DNA of 64,000 nt from Nostoc sp. DedSLP01 (lineage in GTDB: Bacteria > Cyanobacteriota > Cyanobacteriia > Cyanobacteriales > Nostocaceae): positions 133,580-197,579 of the forward strand of contig JAVRCJ020000015.1 of the NCBI GenBank assembly GCA_034530875.2. Direction: 5' to 3'. Under the pieces are notes generated by a model. That model was not told the DNA's origin. It was given only the letters and a program-made list of their open reading frames with translations, and ran no database searches. The translations under genes were made by a program, and so were the position numbers. Of this stretch, positions 9,863-21,393 are shown one piece after another. Position 1 is the stretch's first letter; every line of letters begins with the position of its first letter.

Positions 9863-11383
9863 CGATCTATTAATCCAACAATCTTGCGATCGTAATCGCA
9901 AATCAAAGAAATACAAAGACTCTTTCCTCACTCCCTACGTCTATTCAACATCACCTGCAAAAAATACAAACTTGTACTACATAAACTACAAAAAAACTCA
10001 ATTTTTCAGTTAACAACTCATCATATAATTTGAGTTATTGTGAAGATTTAAAAAACTCAATGTTCAAATTTTGGCAAAGCTACCAACTTTTTTGGAAAAT
10101 AGGCGATTAACTCTGCCTTGGATTAACTTGCCGAGCAATTTCATCCATCAGTCAGAAACACATTTGTTATCCTTGAATAACATAACTAAATATCATCTAT
10201 CAAACAACAATTAATAAGTATTCTGAGGATTTCTCATAATCAGATGACAAATCAATCGCAAACTACTGAATGAAAAGTAGTTAAAAATACAACAAATTTA
10301 CTTAAAGAAACTCATCAGGCAAATACTTGAGTTTTCTTTCCTCAAGCTTATGCTTAATAAAAGCAAGCACCATCTGACTGAAAACTTGTTAATATCTTCA
10401 TGTAGCACTGTGAGAGTAGTTATTGCATTGGATGTAGCCAATGTACTTGCGGTTTAAGTAAAGCAACATTGACGATCTTTCAGGACAAATCCTTTTTCAA
10501 TTGATTAAAATATCCTTGTATACAATAAGAAAAGTTTGTCAAGTTTCATAGGGCTGAAATCGCCACATTGCGCTAACGTGTGAATAAGACCAAATTAGTT
10601 AATCCTAAAGAGATCTACTATCCGGTCGATTCTGCAACAACCTCAACTCCTTAGTTCAGGTAATTCTTACGCAGAAGGTTAACTACTTAGAGGCAAGCAC
10701 CACGACTCTTGTTGTATTTATCCAAAGGAAAAGACCACTTCGATCCAAGGGCTGATTGATTTATGAAGGAAATGTAAAATGGAAAGGTTAAGACTTTTCG
10801 CCTGAGCTAATATAACAATGTACTCTTTCTCAGTAATTAATGTTGTGTAAAATACATGAAATTAAGCAAAACAAAGTGTACCTAACTTTGTAAATGTAAT
10901 CAAAGAACCACTGCAATTCTGAAAAGTGTAGAAAATATTAAAGGGTAGAATTCCCGTTTTTAATGTCTTTTTGGTAAAAGTGGCTAACAATTGCTTAATG
11001 AATTTGCGATCGATACACAAAAAGAGTGCAATTTTTGTGAAACAGGCTACAATCGGAAGAGTCTTTATACTAAAATCTGCCAAAAGTCTGAATCTGTTTA
11101 TATCGAGTGGCAAGTTTTTGATAAAGGCGAGTCTTTTTTTAAGGCAGTCACTTAAAAATTAAGTGTGATAGCAATACATATCACATTTACTAAAGCGAAC
11201 AAGTCAGCTTTAGTAGTGACTTAAACTAAAGCAAAAAGCCCTCCAACAGAGGTGCAAAAGTACCGAAAATATCTCTGGTAAATCTGCCAGAAAACTGATT
11301 TTCGGTTGTCAAATCGCTCGTTAAAAAGAGCATTAACACACATCTTGAGTAATTGATTCTGCAAGGAGCATGAGGAACGCGGC

Positions 11384-12553
11384 ATGAACCAGGCTAACAA
11401 CGTACTCGAAAGCATATATCAGCCTGACCTAGAAATAATGAATCAGCCTGAGCTCGAGTTAGAGGAACTCTTAATAGATGATGAAGAGGACTTGCTGATC
11501 GTAGATGAAGGTGACGATGAGTTTTTAGAGCCTCAGTCTGATGAGGACGAGGCAAAGTCTGGAAAAGCCGCTAAATCGCGTCGTCGGACACAAAGCAAGA
11601 AAAAGCACTACACAGAAGATTCGATTCGGCTTTACTTGCAAGAAATTGGTAGAATTCGTCTGTTGCGGGCAGATGAAGAGATCGAATTAGCCCGTAAAAT
11701 AGCGGATTTACTCGAATTAGAGAGGGTACGGGAAAGACTTTCAGAACAGTTGGATCGCGATCCTCGCGATAGTGAATGGGCAGAAGCCGTACAATTACCA
11801 CTACCAGCTTTTCGTTATCGCCTGCACGTAGGACGCAGAGCGAAAGACAAGATGGTGCAATCCAACTTGCGTCTTGTGGTTTCAATTGCCAAGAAGTACA
11901 TGAATCGTGGTTTGTCGTTCCAAGACTTAATTCAGGAAGGCAGTCTCGGTTTGATTCGCGCTGCTGAAAAGTTTGACCACGAGAAAGGTTATAAGTTTTC
12001 TACCTACGCTACATGGTGGATTCGCCAAGCAATTACTCGCGCGATCGCGGATCAATCCCGCACAATTCGCCTTCCTGTCCACCTTTACGAAACCATTTCT
12101 CGAATTAAGAAAACCACCAAACTTCTATCTCAAGAAATGGGTCGTAAGCCTACAGAAGAAGAAATCGCCACTCGTATGGAAATGACCATTGAGAAGTTGC
12201 GATTTATTGCTAAATCAGCCCAGTTGCCTATTTCCTTAGAAACGCCCATTGGGAAAGAAGAAGATTCTCGATTGGGCGATTTTATTGAATCCGATGGTGA
12301 AACCCCAGAAGATCAAGTTTCCAAAAACCTGTTGCGTGAAGACCTCGAAAAAGTCCTCGATAGTCTCAGCCCTCGCGAACGGGATGTTCTCAGATTGCGC
12401 TACGGCTTAGACGATGGTCGGATGAAGACACTTGAAGAAATTGGGCAGATTTTCAACGTCACCCGCGAACGCATTCGTCAAATTGAAGCGAAAGCACTGC
12501 GCAAGTTACGCCATCCAAACCGCAACAGCGTTCTCAAGGAATATATTCGGTAA
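11384..12553 (+). CDS. sigA: Principal (group 1) RNA polymerase sigma factor
   Basis: [35 protein letters not shown] and [13 protein letters not shown] motifs; acidic N-terminus. Confidence 0.97.
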   Translation: MNQANNVLESIYQPDLEIMNQPELELEELLIDDEEDLLIVDEGDDEFLEPQSDEDEAKSGKAAKSRRRTQSKKKHYTEDSIRLYLQEIGRIRLLRADEEIELARKIADLLELERVRERLSEQLDRDPRDSEWAEAVQLPLPAFRYRLHVGRRAKDKMVQSNLRLVVSIAKKYMNRGLSFQDLIQEGSLGLIRAAEKFDHEKGYKFSTYATWWIRQAITRAIADQSRTIRLPVHLYETISRIKKTTKLLSQEMGRKPTEEEIATRMEMTIEKLRFIAKSAQLPISLETPIGKEEDSRLGDFIESDGETPEDQVSKNLLREDLEKVLDSLSPRERDVLRLRYGLDDGRMKTLEEIGQIFNVTRERIRQIEAKALRKLRHPNRNSVLKEYIR

Positions 12554-12622
12554 TCAACAGTTATTTGTTGTTAATAGTCATTAGTCATTAGTTAATAAAC
12601 AAATGACTAATAACAAATAAAT

Positions 12623-12660
12623 AAAAAACCTGGTAGTGAATTAGCACTCCAGGTTTTTTT
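12623..12660. terminator. Bidirectional intrinsic terminator between sigA and hli
   Basis: AAAAAACCTGG...CCAGGTTTTTTT hairpin. Confidence 0.75.
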
Positions 12661-12790
12661 TATTTATGGCTCATTTTAGATATTAAAACTTATACCAATT
12701 TGAAAAATGAATGAGATGGACGAATTTACAAAACCCTTTCTAGGCAAGAAATCTCAATCGAAAATCTGAAATCCAAAATTCAAAATGGTA

Positions 12791-12976
12791 TTAGAGAATA
12801 CCCCAGAAGTGTAGAAAACCTTCGCCAGAAAAAATTTCAATTAGTAATGCTGCAAAAAAACCAATCATTGCCAAGCGACCGTTCCAAATTTCTGCTTGTG
12901 GAGTAAAGCCCCAACGCCAAGCATTACGATCTTCAACTACGGGAGTAGTAACTTTTGTTGTGGTTGCATTTGTCAT
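12791..12976 (-). CDS. High-light-inducible protein (Hli/SCP, CAB/ELIP family)
   Basis: [18 protein letters not shown] motif. Confidence 0.93.
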   Translation of the reverse strand: MTNATTTKVTTPVVEDRNAWRWGFTPQAEIWNGRLAMIGFFAALLIEIFSGEGFLHFWGIL

Positions 12977-13015
12977 GATTTATTCTCCAAATTAAATTTT
13001 TAATTTTTATTGTCT

Positions 13016-13033
13016 TACGTAAACTAATATAAC
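13016..13033 (-). promoter_or_regulatory. Putative HLR1 (RpaB) direct repeat upstream of hli
   Basis: Minus strand GTTATATT-ag-TTTACGTA resembles (G/T)TTACA(T/A)(T/A)-N2-repeat; hli genes are established RpaB targets. Confidence 0.55.
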
Positions 13034-13576
13034 AATATTTTTCATTCTTGCAACATAGTATTATATTTTTATTGCGATAGCTTGACATTAGCAGCAAGAG
13101 TTGAAATTTAAAGTAGCTAAAACATCTATCTGTAGTTTGATTTACCTGTAAGTAACAAAAAATTTTATTGATATAGATTGTCAATTATTTTAACATTCTA
13201 GGTATGATTTACAGCTAGATGAGTTTAAAAAAGCAACTTAAATTACAGCTAGATATATATTAATTAGCTTCTTATTAAAAATCTATAGCGTTAGCTTAGA
13301 CAAAATACTTACAGTTCAAAGTTTAAAGTAAGTTGGCGAAAAAAATTAAATGTATATGAAGAAATATAAATTCGCCGTAGGGTGCGTTAATCCTAAAAAA
13401 GAGTACGACATCTTCAGGTGCGTTGCACCTACTTTAAAAAGTTAAATTAGAGCTATTAAAAATAAAATAAATTTATCAGTTTTAAGAAGTGAAATTTAAT
13501 AAGTTAATGTTTAAACTGTTTGAGCGTAGAGCGAAAAAACTTAGAGCAAACAGCAAACTAATGAGTTTGACAAAAC

Positions 13577-13673
13577 TATAGCGATTCTCGTTTGGATGCA
13601 ACACGCTGTGAGGGCTTTACAGCTGTAAAGCCCCTACGAATTGGCGTATTTTACCCAATTGAGAACCGCTATA
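13577..13673. mobile_element. MITE-like element with TATAGCG(A/G)TTCTC termini containing a REP-like palindrome
   Basis: Inverted ends TATAGCGATTCTC / GAGAACCGCTATA; internal GGGCTTTACAGCTGTAAAGCCC. Confidence 0.6.
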
Positions 13674-13808
13674 TTCTTACGTTTCTGGTGGCTACTGCTT
13701 TGGAATTATCTTTAATATCGCCAGCCTCATGCAGGAGTTGAAGGCGTAGTCGAACTAGTACCTCTAACTCCTATAAATTACCTTGTTGCAAATTAAACAT
13801 CACGCTAA

Positions 13809-16319
13809 TTAAGCTCGGACTTCGGCGACGGTGATAATTTTTTCATCGCGGTTGAGTTGGACGATGCTTTCGCCTTTGACATCTCTGCTTAAAATAGGCA
13901 CTTTTTCTACAGGTATCCGCACTACCCGGTCTTTGTTTGTCACGAGTGCTACTTCACCAGAAGCCTTTACCATCGCGGCTAAATTATCAGTTTTACTGGT
14001 AAATTTCAGTGCTTGCGTGCCTAAATCGCCGCGATTAGCTCCTCTTAATTGACTCGCAATCATCCGTTTCGCATATCCTTCTTGAGTAACTAACAATAGC
14101 TGGTCATCTTTACTTACAGTGACACAGCCAACCATTTGCTGATTTCTCAAGAGTCGGAATGCTTGTAAACCCATCGCTGTGCGCCCCATAATTGGTAATT
14201 GTTCGTCATTAACCGCAAAGCGCAATACTCGCCCTCCAGAACTAGCTAAAATTAGATGCTCCCCTGGAGTAGCGAATTGAGTAAATGACAATTCATCGTC
14301 ATCTTTTAGCTTCAAAATCGTGATGCCGCGACGAGTTAAATTACTAAATTCCTCCAAAGCTAAACGCTTAATTCGTCCCTGTTTTGTCAGCAGAACCATC
14401 TGGCTAGTTTCAAAATTCTCTGGTAATAAAAATCGACTAACCACATCTTCTTGAGCGCCTTGAGCAGTATTGCTGAGCATGGTAATCAGCGGCGTTCCTC
14501 GTGGAGAACGTCCGGTAATGGGGGGAATTTCTCCTACCTTCACAGGGTAGACTTTACCGCCACTAGTTAGTATCAGCAAATCTTTGTCTGTATCGGTCAA
14601 TACACTTTGAATAATAAAATCATTCTCGTGCAGACCATTTTCAACTTTCGACTTTTTCCCAGAGGTATTAATACGACGGACATACCCGCGTTGAGTAAAC
14701 TCTAATACTGCTTCCTGTGCTGGTTCAGAAGGTTTGGCATTGTCTTCTTCTTCCTCTGCTCCTCTGCCTTTCTGCCCCTCTGCCCTAGACCTATGCTCCT
14801 GCGCTAATGTACCCTTTGGTTCCTCTACTATTTTTGTGCGTCGGGCATCGTTGTACTTGCGCTTGAGCGATCGCAAATCTTTTTTCAGCGCCTTGAGTAA
14901 TTCGTGGCGATCGCTAAGTAATCTTTGTAATAAATTAATTTGCTGGCTTAACTCTTCAAATTCCTGCTGCAAGTTTTGCTGCTCTAAACTAGTGAGGCGA
15001 CGCAACGGCATAGCGAGAATTGCATCTGCTTGTCCCTCACTCAAATCTAGGCGGGTGCAAAGGTTAATTTTTGCGGTACTACCATCAGCAGCTTGGCGCA
15101 AAATTTCAATTACTGCATCCAAATTAGATAAAGCTTTGAGCAAACCTTCCACCAAATGCGATCGACTTTGGGCTTTCTCCAACTCATAACTGTAGCGACG
15201 GTTGAGAGTTTGTTCTCTAAAACTCAAAAACTCCTGCAAAAGTTGCCGCAAACTTAACTGGCGGGGTTGTCCATCTACTATTGCCAAGAGAATTGCGCCA
15301 AAGTTACTTTGTAAAGCAGTTTGGTGAAATAAATTTTGCAGAACTTCTTGGGGATTGGTATCGCGTTTGAGTTCGATTACTACACGCATACCTTCGCGAT
15401 CGCTTTCATCCCGCAGGTCAGAAATTCCCTGCAAGCGGCCTTGATTTACTAAGTCCGCTACCTTCTCAATCCAGCCTGCTTTATTTACTTGATATGGCAA
15501 TTCAGTGACAATAATTGCCGTCCGTCGCTTGCTTCCCCTCGTGGCTGGAATTTCTTCCAACGTCACCAGTCCCCGCAGCACAATTCCACCCTTACCTGTG
15601 GTGTAGGCTTCCCGAATTCCTGCTTCACCAACTATTTCTCCACCTGTGGGAAAGTCGGGGCCTGGAATTAACTCGAATAACTTTTCATCTGGTAAATCTG
15701 GAGTATCAATTAATGCAATCAAGCCATCGACTATTTCCCCCAAATTGTGCGGTGGAATATTTGTCGCCATTCCCACGGCAATCCCAGAACAGCCATTGAG
15801 CAATAGAAAAGGCAATTGAGCAGGTAGTACCGTCGGTTCTTGCTGGGAATTATCAAAGTTACCGACAAATTCCACCGTTTCTTCGCCAATTTCCGCCAGC
15901 ATTCCCTCATGACTGATAGGCGCAAGCCGCGTTTCTGTGTAGCGCATCGCCGCCGGTGGGTCATTATCGACGCTGCCAAAGTTACCATGTCCTGCCAGTA
16001 GGGGATAGCGGCTAGAAAATTCCTGTACCAGCCTGACTAGCGCATCGTAAACCGCTTGATCCCCATGAGGATGGTATTTACCGAGAACATCACCCACTAC
16101 ACGGGCGCATTTGCGATAAGGTCTATCCGGTACCAAACCGAGTTCGTGCATTGCGTACAGAATGCGGCGATGCACTGGTTTTAAGCCATCACGCACGTCT
16201 GGTAGCGCTCGCCCGACAATTACGCTCATGGCATATTCTAAGTAAGACCGTTGCATCTCCGTGTGCAGGGCTGTTGTAATGACCTGTCCCGTTGAGAGAA
16301 GGTTTAACTGTTTTGCCAT
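13809..16319 (-). CDS. Type IIA topoisomerase subunit A, ParC-like GyrA paralog
   Basis: [20 protein letters not shown] and AAMRYTE (catalytic Tyr) motifs; beta-pinwheel repeats; no recognisable GyrA-box. Confidence 0.9.
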   Translation of the reverse strand: MAKQLNLLSTGQVITTALHTEMQRSYLEYAMSVIVGRALPDVRDGLKPVHRRILYAMHELGLVPDRPYRKCARVVGDVLGKYHPHGDQAVYDALVRLVQEFSSRYPLLAGHGNFGSVDNDPPAAMRYTETRLAPISHEGMLAEIGEETVEFVGNFDNSQQEPTVLPAQLPFLLLNGCSGIAVGMATNIPPHNLGEIVDGLIALIDTPDLPDEKLFELIPGPDFPTGGEIVGEAGIREAYTTGKGGIVLRGLVTLEEIPATRGSKRRTAIIVTELPYQVNKAGWIEKVADLVNQGRLQGISDLRDESDREGMRVVIELKRDTNPQEVLQNLFHQTALQSNFGAILLAIVDGQPRQLSLRQLLQEFLSFREQTLNRRYSYELEKAQSRSHLVEGLLKALSNLDAVIEILRQAADGSTAKINLCTRLDLSEGQADAILAMPLRRLTSLEQQNLQQEFEELSQQINLLQRLLSDRHELLKALKKDLRSLKRKYNDARRTKIVEEPKGTLAQEHRSRAEGQKGRGAEEEEDNAKPSEPAQEAVLEFTQRGYVRRINTSGKKSKVENGLHENDFIIQSVLTDTDKDLLILTSGGKVYPVKVGEIPPITGRSPRGTPLITMLSNTAQGAQEDVVSRFLLPENFETSQMVLLTKQGRIKRLALEEFSNLTRRGITILKLKDDDELSFTQFATPGEHLILASSGGRVLRFAVNDEQLPIMGRTAMGLQAFRLLRNQQMVGCVTVSKDDQLLLVTQEGYAKRMIASQLRGANRGDLGTQALKFTSKTDNLAAMVKASGEVALVTNKDRVVRIPVEKVPILSRDVKGESIVQLNRDEKIITVAEVRA

Positions 16320-16839
16320 GAGTTTTTTCCCTGAAATTTAACTATACAAAAACCGATGGAACTCAATACTCCAGCAACCACAGCATAACGGATGAAATGG
16401 GATTCCTGACAAAATCTTGATAGTCACAGAATAAAAAGCAGTAGTATCATCCTTGATGATGAGGCTGTAAATTGACTATTAAAAAGAAGACAGACGAATA
16501 TAATCTACATACATTTAGTAGCTAGGATATTTACCATGATTGCATTTCTTAATTTTAAATTTTGGGCAAAGTTTGGATCGGTTGGGATAATGGCTATGCC
16601 AACCCTAAAAGCCAACTGACGCCACTGCAACGCTAAAGGCAAATAAGCCAAGATACAAATACAACAAAATGGCTCAACTTTCCAACAGTAATTTTGAATT
16701 CTGCCAAAAGTTTCTAGCTTGCTTGCTGAGTTGAAAACTTTTGCTCCGATCGCTAGCAGAACCCCAAAGATTATGCCTAGCGCTCGCAACAGCCCAAGAC
16801 GAATTTTTGAGTTCCTCCACCTCTATAAGTAAAATTCTC

Positions 16840-17244
16840 ATGAAAACCGTTTTAATTGTCGAAGACGATCTAATTAATGCTCGTGTTTTTTCCAAGATTT
16901 TGTCCAAGCGTGGCGGCTTGGGTGTAAAACACACTGAAAATGTGGAAGAAGTAATACAAATTGCCCAATCAGGAGAGGCAGACTTGATTTTGATGGACGT
17001 TTCTCTTTCCAGAAGTGTTTATCAAGGCAAATCGGTTGATGGAATCAAGATTACACAAATGTTGAAATCAGACCCAAAAACGGCAAACTTACCCGTTATT
17101 CTGGTGACAGCACACGCTATGGAAGGCGATCGCGAGAACTTTCTCAAACAAAGCGGCGCCGATGGCTACATTTCTAAACCAGTTGTTGACCATCAACAAT
17201 TTGTTGACCAAATCATCACGCTTCTACCCACAGACAACCAGTGA
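16840..17244 (+). CDS. Single-domain response regulator (CheY/DivK-like)
   Basis: VLIVEDD, ILMD, VTAHAM and YISKP motifs; ATG at 16840 preferred over the upstream TTG. Confidence 0.9.
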   Translation: MKTVLIVEDDLINARVFSKILSKRGGLGVKHTENVEEVIQIAQSGEADLILMDVSLSRSVYQGKSVDGIKITQMLKSDPKTANLPVILVTAHAMEGDRENFLKQSGADGYISKPVVDHQQFVDQIITLLPTDNQ

Positions 17245-17502
17245 CACATCGCGACTTCTTTTCGGAATACTTGTCCATCAATCTTTTTGACCGACTAGTT
17301 CCTATCTTTAATTAAGTATATATGTACTATAAACAGGTACTCTTCGGCAAGTAGTAATGGGATTTGGTTATAGGGCATGGGGCAGTGGAATGGGGAAAAG
17401 GAAAGGGGTAAGGGGGAAAAGGGGAATGATTAAATTTATTCCTTTTCCCTTTTCCCTTTAACCTTTTCCCCTTGCTCCCCTGCCCCTCTGCTTCCCCCAC
17501 TT

Positions 17503-18387
17503 CTACTGTGCAGGCTGTTGTTCCGGGGCTGATGATGAGCTTCCCCCTTGTAGGGCTGCTTGAATACGAGGTAATTCTAGGAATTTTTTCGTATCAGCTA
17601 GTAGGCGATCGCCCCAAAGATTTTCTTTAAGAAAATTTAAACTACCATAGCGCGGATCGATGCGGAGTGCGGCTTCTCCAAAGGTGAGTCCTTGTTGTCG
17701 ATCGCCTTTAGTATATAGTGCCACTGCCAAAGCGAGTAAAGGTTCTGCGGCTTGTTTATCAATGCTTACAGCCGATTGCCATTGTTTAATGGCTCCTGAG
17801 ATGTCACCTTGTTCGTAGTTGATTAAGCCTATATTGTTAATCGCCGGCCAGAATTTTTTATCTTGATTCCAAGCTCGATCGTATTGGGCGATCGCATCTG
17901 GCAGTCTGCCCAATTGAAAATAAGCATTACCCAAATCAAATAACCCTTCTGGGTCATTGGGTTTTAACTTCAAACCGTCTTGATAATTGGTAACAGCCTC
18001 TTGGTACTTTTTCTGCTGAAAATTAGCTGAACCTAGAGCAAAGAGAATATCAGCATTTTTAGGGTTTAGGGATTGGGCTTTTTTTAACGAAGCGATCGCT
18101 CCATCAAACTCTTTGGTTTGTAACTGCAACCCACCCAAAAGCAACCAGACTTTATCATTTTTAGGAGCCAGTTGACTAGCCAATCGCGCTCGTGGCAAAG
18201 CTAAGTCAACCTGTTGAAATTGAGCTAGTTGAGCCGCCTCTTGTGCCAGAGTTAACCCCTGCTTTTCTAACTTTGCCGGATCTAATTGCAGTGTATGGGG
18301 TATTAATGCCTGTGCGTTAGCGGCTTTTGGTACGCTCCATAAACTACAGACAACCAGAAGAAAAATTAAATAAAAATGTTTATGCAC
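17503..18387 (-). CDS. Secreted tetratricopeptide repeat protein
   Basis: Signal peptide followed by multiple TPR units. Confidence 0.85.
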   Translation of the reverse strand: MHKHFYLIFLLVVCSLWSVPKAANAQALIPHTLQLDPAKLEKQGLTLAQEAAQLAQFQQVDLALPRARLASQLAPKNDKVWLLLGGLQLQTKEFDGAIASLKKAQSLNPKNADILFALGSANFQQKKYQEAVTNYQDGLKLKPNDPEGLFDLGNAYFQLGRLPDAIAQYDRAWNQDKKFWPAINNIGLINYEQGDISGAIKQWQSAVSIDKQAAEPLLALAVALYTKGDRQQGLTFGEAALRIDPRYGSLNFLKENLWGDRLLADTKKFLELPRIQAALQGGSSSSAPEQQPAQ

Positions 18388-18469
18388 ACTACCGCCTCTC
18401 AGCCATTTCTCAAAGAATCTTTCAGCTAGCTTAAACGATCTCCGCTATTGACGGCAGTAAAATCTTGGA

Positions 18470-18631
18470 TTGGGCATGGGGCATGGAAGATGATGAGGGA
18501 GAGTTAAAACTAAAAGTTTAGAGTTCAGAGGTTCAATATTCGAGTAAAAAGGCTTAACGTTCGAGTTCAGAGGTTCAACGTTCAAACTTATCTCCCCATG
18601 CCCAATGCCCAATGCCCCATGCCCCATTCCC
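18470..18631. repeat. Degenerate 21-bp AGGTTCA-containing repeats between inverted GGGCATG/ATGCCCC arms
   Basis: GAGTTCAGAGGTTCAAnnTTC units; same architecture as 1-280. Confidence 0.6.
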
Positions 18632-18923
18632 TACTAGAAAAACTGATGACTTTGGTCATACATCAGTCTGGAATTAGTAGTGACTTTGGTCATATATGGA
18701 TTTGGACGTTTAGATCGATAATTATTATGTATGAATTTATACGATAAGCTAAATATTAGGTATTTTACAGAAGATTTCAACTTAGTAAAGTACGTAACTT
18801 GGATTTGTAGCCAAACATCAAGTATGTTGTACTTCCCAATTATCAATTCTGAATTCTGCTGTAATACAAAAACAACTGTCTAAAATTCTTGAATTAAAAC
18901 CGAAGCACAAAGGAGTTAATTCT

Positions 18924-19439
18924 ATGTTGAAAAAAAACTGTGCGTTTATAATCTTAGCTGCTGCGACGCTCATTGCTCCTACTTTCTTGAGTGCGCCCGC
19001 AAGTGCCCAAACGGAAGTTAATGTTATTGGTGAGAGCGATGAATATTGGAACCGCGACGCCAGACCCAATCCTGTACAAGTCGGCGCTCCTCCAAGGTGG
19101 GACAATTCTAATCGTGGCGCCAGACCCAATCGCGTAAAAGTCAGAGCTTACCCAAGGCGCGAAAATTACAATCGCCGCCGCACAACCAATCCTGTGGAAG
19201 TCAGAACTTACCCAACCTGGGGTAATTCCAATCGTGGTGCCAGACCCAATCGTGTAGAAGTCGGAGCTCCGCCAAGGTGGGACAACTGGAACCGCGATGG
19301 CAGAGCCAATCCTAGAAGAGTAAAAAATCGTCCAAACTGGGGCAATAGGAACCGTGGCGCCATACCCAGTCCTGTAGAAGTTAGAACTTCACCAACTTGG
19401 GACAATTGGAACTGGAACAACCAACCTGATACTAGGTAA
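18924..19439 (+). CDS. Secreted hypothetical protein with six 20-aa Arg/Pro/Asn/Trp repeats
   Basis: RBS AAGGAG, Sec signal ending ASA, 60-bp tandem units at 19047-19406. Confidence 0.8.
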   Translation: MLKKNCAFIILAAATLIAPTFLSAPASAQTEVNVIGESDEYWNRDARPNPVQVGAPPRWDNSNRGARPNRVKVRAYPRRENYNRRRTTNPVEVRTYPTWGNSNRGARPNRVEVGAPPRWDNWNRDGRANPRRVKNRPNWGNRNRGAIPSPVEVRTSPTWDNWNWNNQPDTR

Positions 19440-19748
19440 TCAGACTTGGTAAAAGTGACATTAGATATCCCAATGGACAGATTATTATTGCTAGGAACTT
19501 AGTAAAACTTGATAATCAAAGCTACTTTGAAATCCTAGTAAGTTTATTCTTCAAATTCAGGAAATTGTTCCTGCTAAAGGATTGCTAAGAGTGCATAATG
19601 GTTATTTCAGTATTCCTGATGGACAGCTACTGCAAATCAACCTTTAAAACACTAAAAAGTCACAATTATTGTCAGCATGGAGCTACCAGGCTATAGTCTA
19701 GCTGTAAAGAATAGCTTGGTAGCCATTCCTTATAGGCTAAAAACGGAT

Positions 19749-21371
19749 ATGCAATTTGATACAGAAAATTCTGTAAATTCACCAGTTTTAATTCCAGAGA
19801 CAAAGAAAAAAAAGGGTAAAAGAAATTTGCTTTCTTGGTTACTTATCTTTGTACTTTTGGGTGGGATTGGTTACACAGTTTATTACCAAGTAGCTGTAGT
19901 TCCGCGTCAAGAAGCCAGACGTCGGGTGCTAACAAGACCTGTAGAAAGACAGAATTTAGTAATCAAAGTTTCAGCTAATGGTGAGGTGAAACCTGAGCGC
20001 TCAATCAACCTCAGTCCGAAAAATTCAGGTGTACTCAAAACATTACTTGTAAAGGAAGGAGATATCGTCAGGCAAGGGCAGATTTTAGCTTACATGGATG
20101 ATTCCAACCTCCGGGGACAACTCACTTCTGCTCAAGGACAATTGGCGCAAGCCCAAGCAAATCTGCAAAAAGCTCAAGCAGGCAATCGCCCTCAAGATAT
20201 TGCCCAAGCACAGGCACAACTCGATGAAGCCCAGGCGAATCTGCAAAAGGTACAAGCAGGCAATCGCCCTCAAGATATTGCCCAAGCACAGGCACGTTTA
20301 CAAAGCGCTCAAGCAAACTTGAGCAAAGCGGAAGATGATTTTCGCCGCAATCAGGATCTTTACAATGCACGGGCTATTTCTCTTCAAGCTCTAAATCAAA
20401 GCCGTGCCGATAGGGATAGCGCTCAAGGTGCTGTCAACGAAGCACAGCAAGCGCTGGCTTTGCAACAAGCTGGGTCGCGTCGAGAAGACATCGAACAAGC
20501 ACGAGCTGTGGTCAACCAAAGGCAACAAGCTTTGGCACTCCTCAAAGCCGGAACGCGCCAAGAAGACATAGACGCAGCCCGCGCCCAGGTAACATCTGCT
20601 CGCGGTTCGTTGCAAAACATCCAAGCCGAAATCAATGACACGATTATTCGCGCCCCTTTTGATGGCGTGGTGACAAAGAAGTATGCCGACCCTGGCGCTT
20701 TCGTAACTCCCACAACTGCTAGTAGTGACATATCTTCTGCTACTTCTTCTTCAATCTTGTCTCTGGCCTCCACAAATGAAGTTGTCGCCAATTTAGCGGA
20801 AACCAATATTTCTAAAATCAGCCTCGGTCAAAAAGTTACCATTCAGGCGGATGCTTACCCGGGAAAAATCTTTACAGGAAAAGTCAGGCAAATCGCAGCC
20901 CAATCTGTAGTAGAACAAAACGTTACCAGTTTTGAAGTCAGAGTGTCGCTTTCAGACCCGGAAAAGATACTACGGTCTGGGATGAATGTGGAAGCAGATT
21001 TTCAAGTCGGTGAAGTGAAAAATGTTTTAGCGGTGCCAACAGCCTCGGTGGTACGTCAAGAAAATGCTACAGGCGTGTTTGTCCAAGGAAAGAATAACAG
21101 ACCTGTATTCACTCCGATTGAGACGGGCGTCACCGCGAATAACTTTACTGAAGTTAAGTCTGGATTGACAGGAAACGAAAGAGTATTGCTCAGTTTCCCA
21201 CCAGGAGCGCGTCCCCAATCAACACCAAGAGGAGGAGTTTTTCCTGGCCTGGGAGGTGGCGGAGGCGGAGGAGGAAGAGGATCTGGCGCAGGAGGAGCAG
21301 GCGCAGGAGGAGCAGGAGGAACAGGAGGAACAGGAGGAACAGGAGGCCGTTCGCGCGGTGGTTCCCCTTAA
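19749..21371 (+). CDS. Efflux membrane-fusion (periplasmic adaptor) protein, MacA/HlyD-like, with a Gly-rich C-terminal tail
   Basis: N-terminal TM segment, lipoyl half-motifs (VKEGDIV, IRAPFDG) and long coiled hairpin; alternative start 19677. Confidence 0.9.
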   Translation: MQFDTENSVNSPVLIPETKKKKGKRNLLSWLLIFVLLGGIGYTVYYQVAVVPRQEARRRVLTRPVERQNLVIKVSANGEVKPERSINLSPKNSGVLKTLLVKEGDIVRQGQILAYMDDSNLRGQLTSAQGQLAQAQANLQKAQAGNRPQDIAQAQAQLDEAQANLQKVQAGNRPQDIAQAQARLQSAQANLSKAEDDFRRNQDLYNARAISLQALNQSRADRDSAQGAVNEAQQALALQQAGSRREDIEQARAVVNQRQQALALLKAGTRQEDIDAARAQVTSARGSLQNIQAEINDTIIRAPFDGVVTKKYADPGAFVTPTTASSDISSATSSSILSLASTNEVVANLAETNISKISLGQKVTIQADAYPGKIFTGKVRQIAAQSVVEQNVTSFEVRVSLSDPEKILRSGMNVEADFQVGEVKNVLAVPTASVVRQENATGVFVQGKNNRPVFTPIETGVTANNFTEVKSGLTGNERVLLSFPPGARPQSTPRGGVFPGLGGGGGGGGRGSGAGGAGAGGAGGTGGTGGTGGRSRGGSP

Positions 21372-21393
21372 AGTTAGTTTTAAATAATACTTT

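Noticed and set aside
10621..10626. TCCGGT as a heterocyst DIF1 promoter motif upstream of sigA
   Set aside because: One mismatch to TCCGGA and no convincing downstream element; not supportable without TSS data
10862..11415. Short ORFs in the sigA leader
   Set aside because: AT-rich, no RBS or motif, overlapping on both strands; likely spurious
13809..16319. Calling this gene gyrA
   Set aside because: No GyrA-box visible; the symbol is left blank between gyrA and parC
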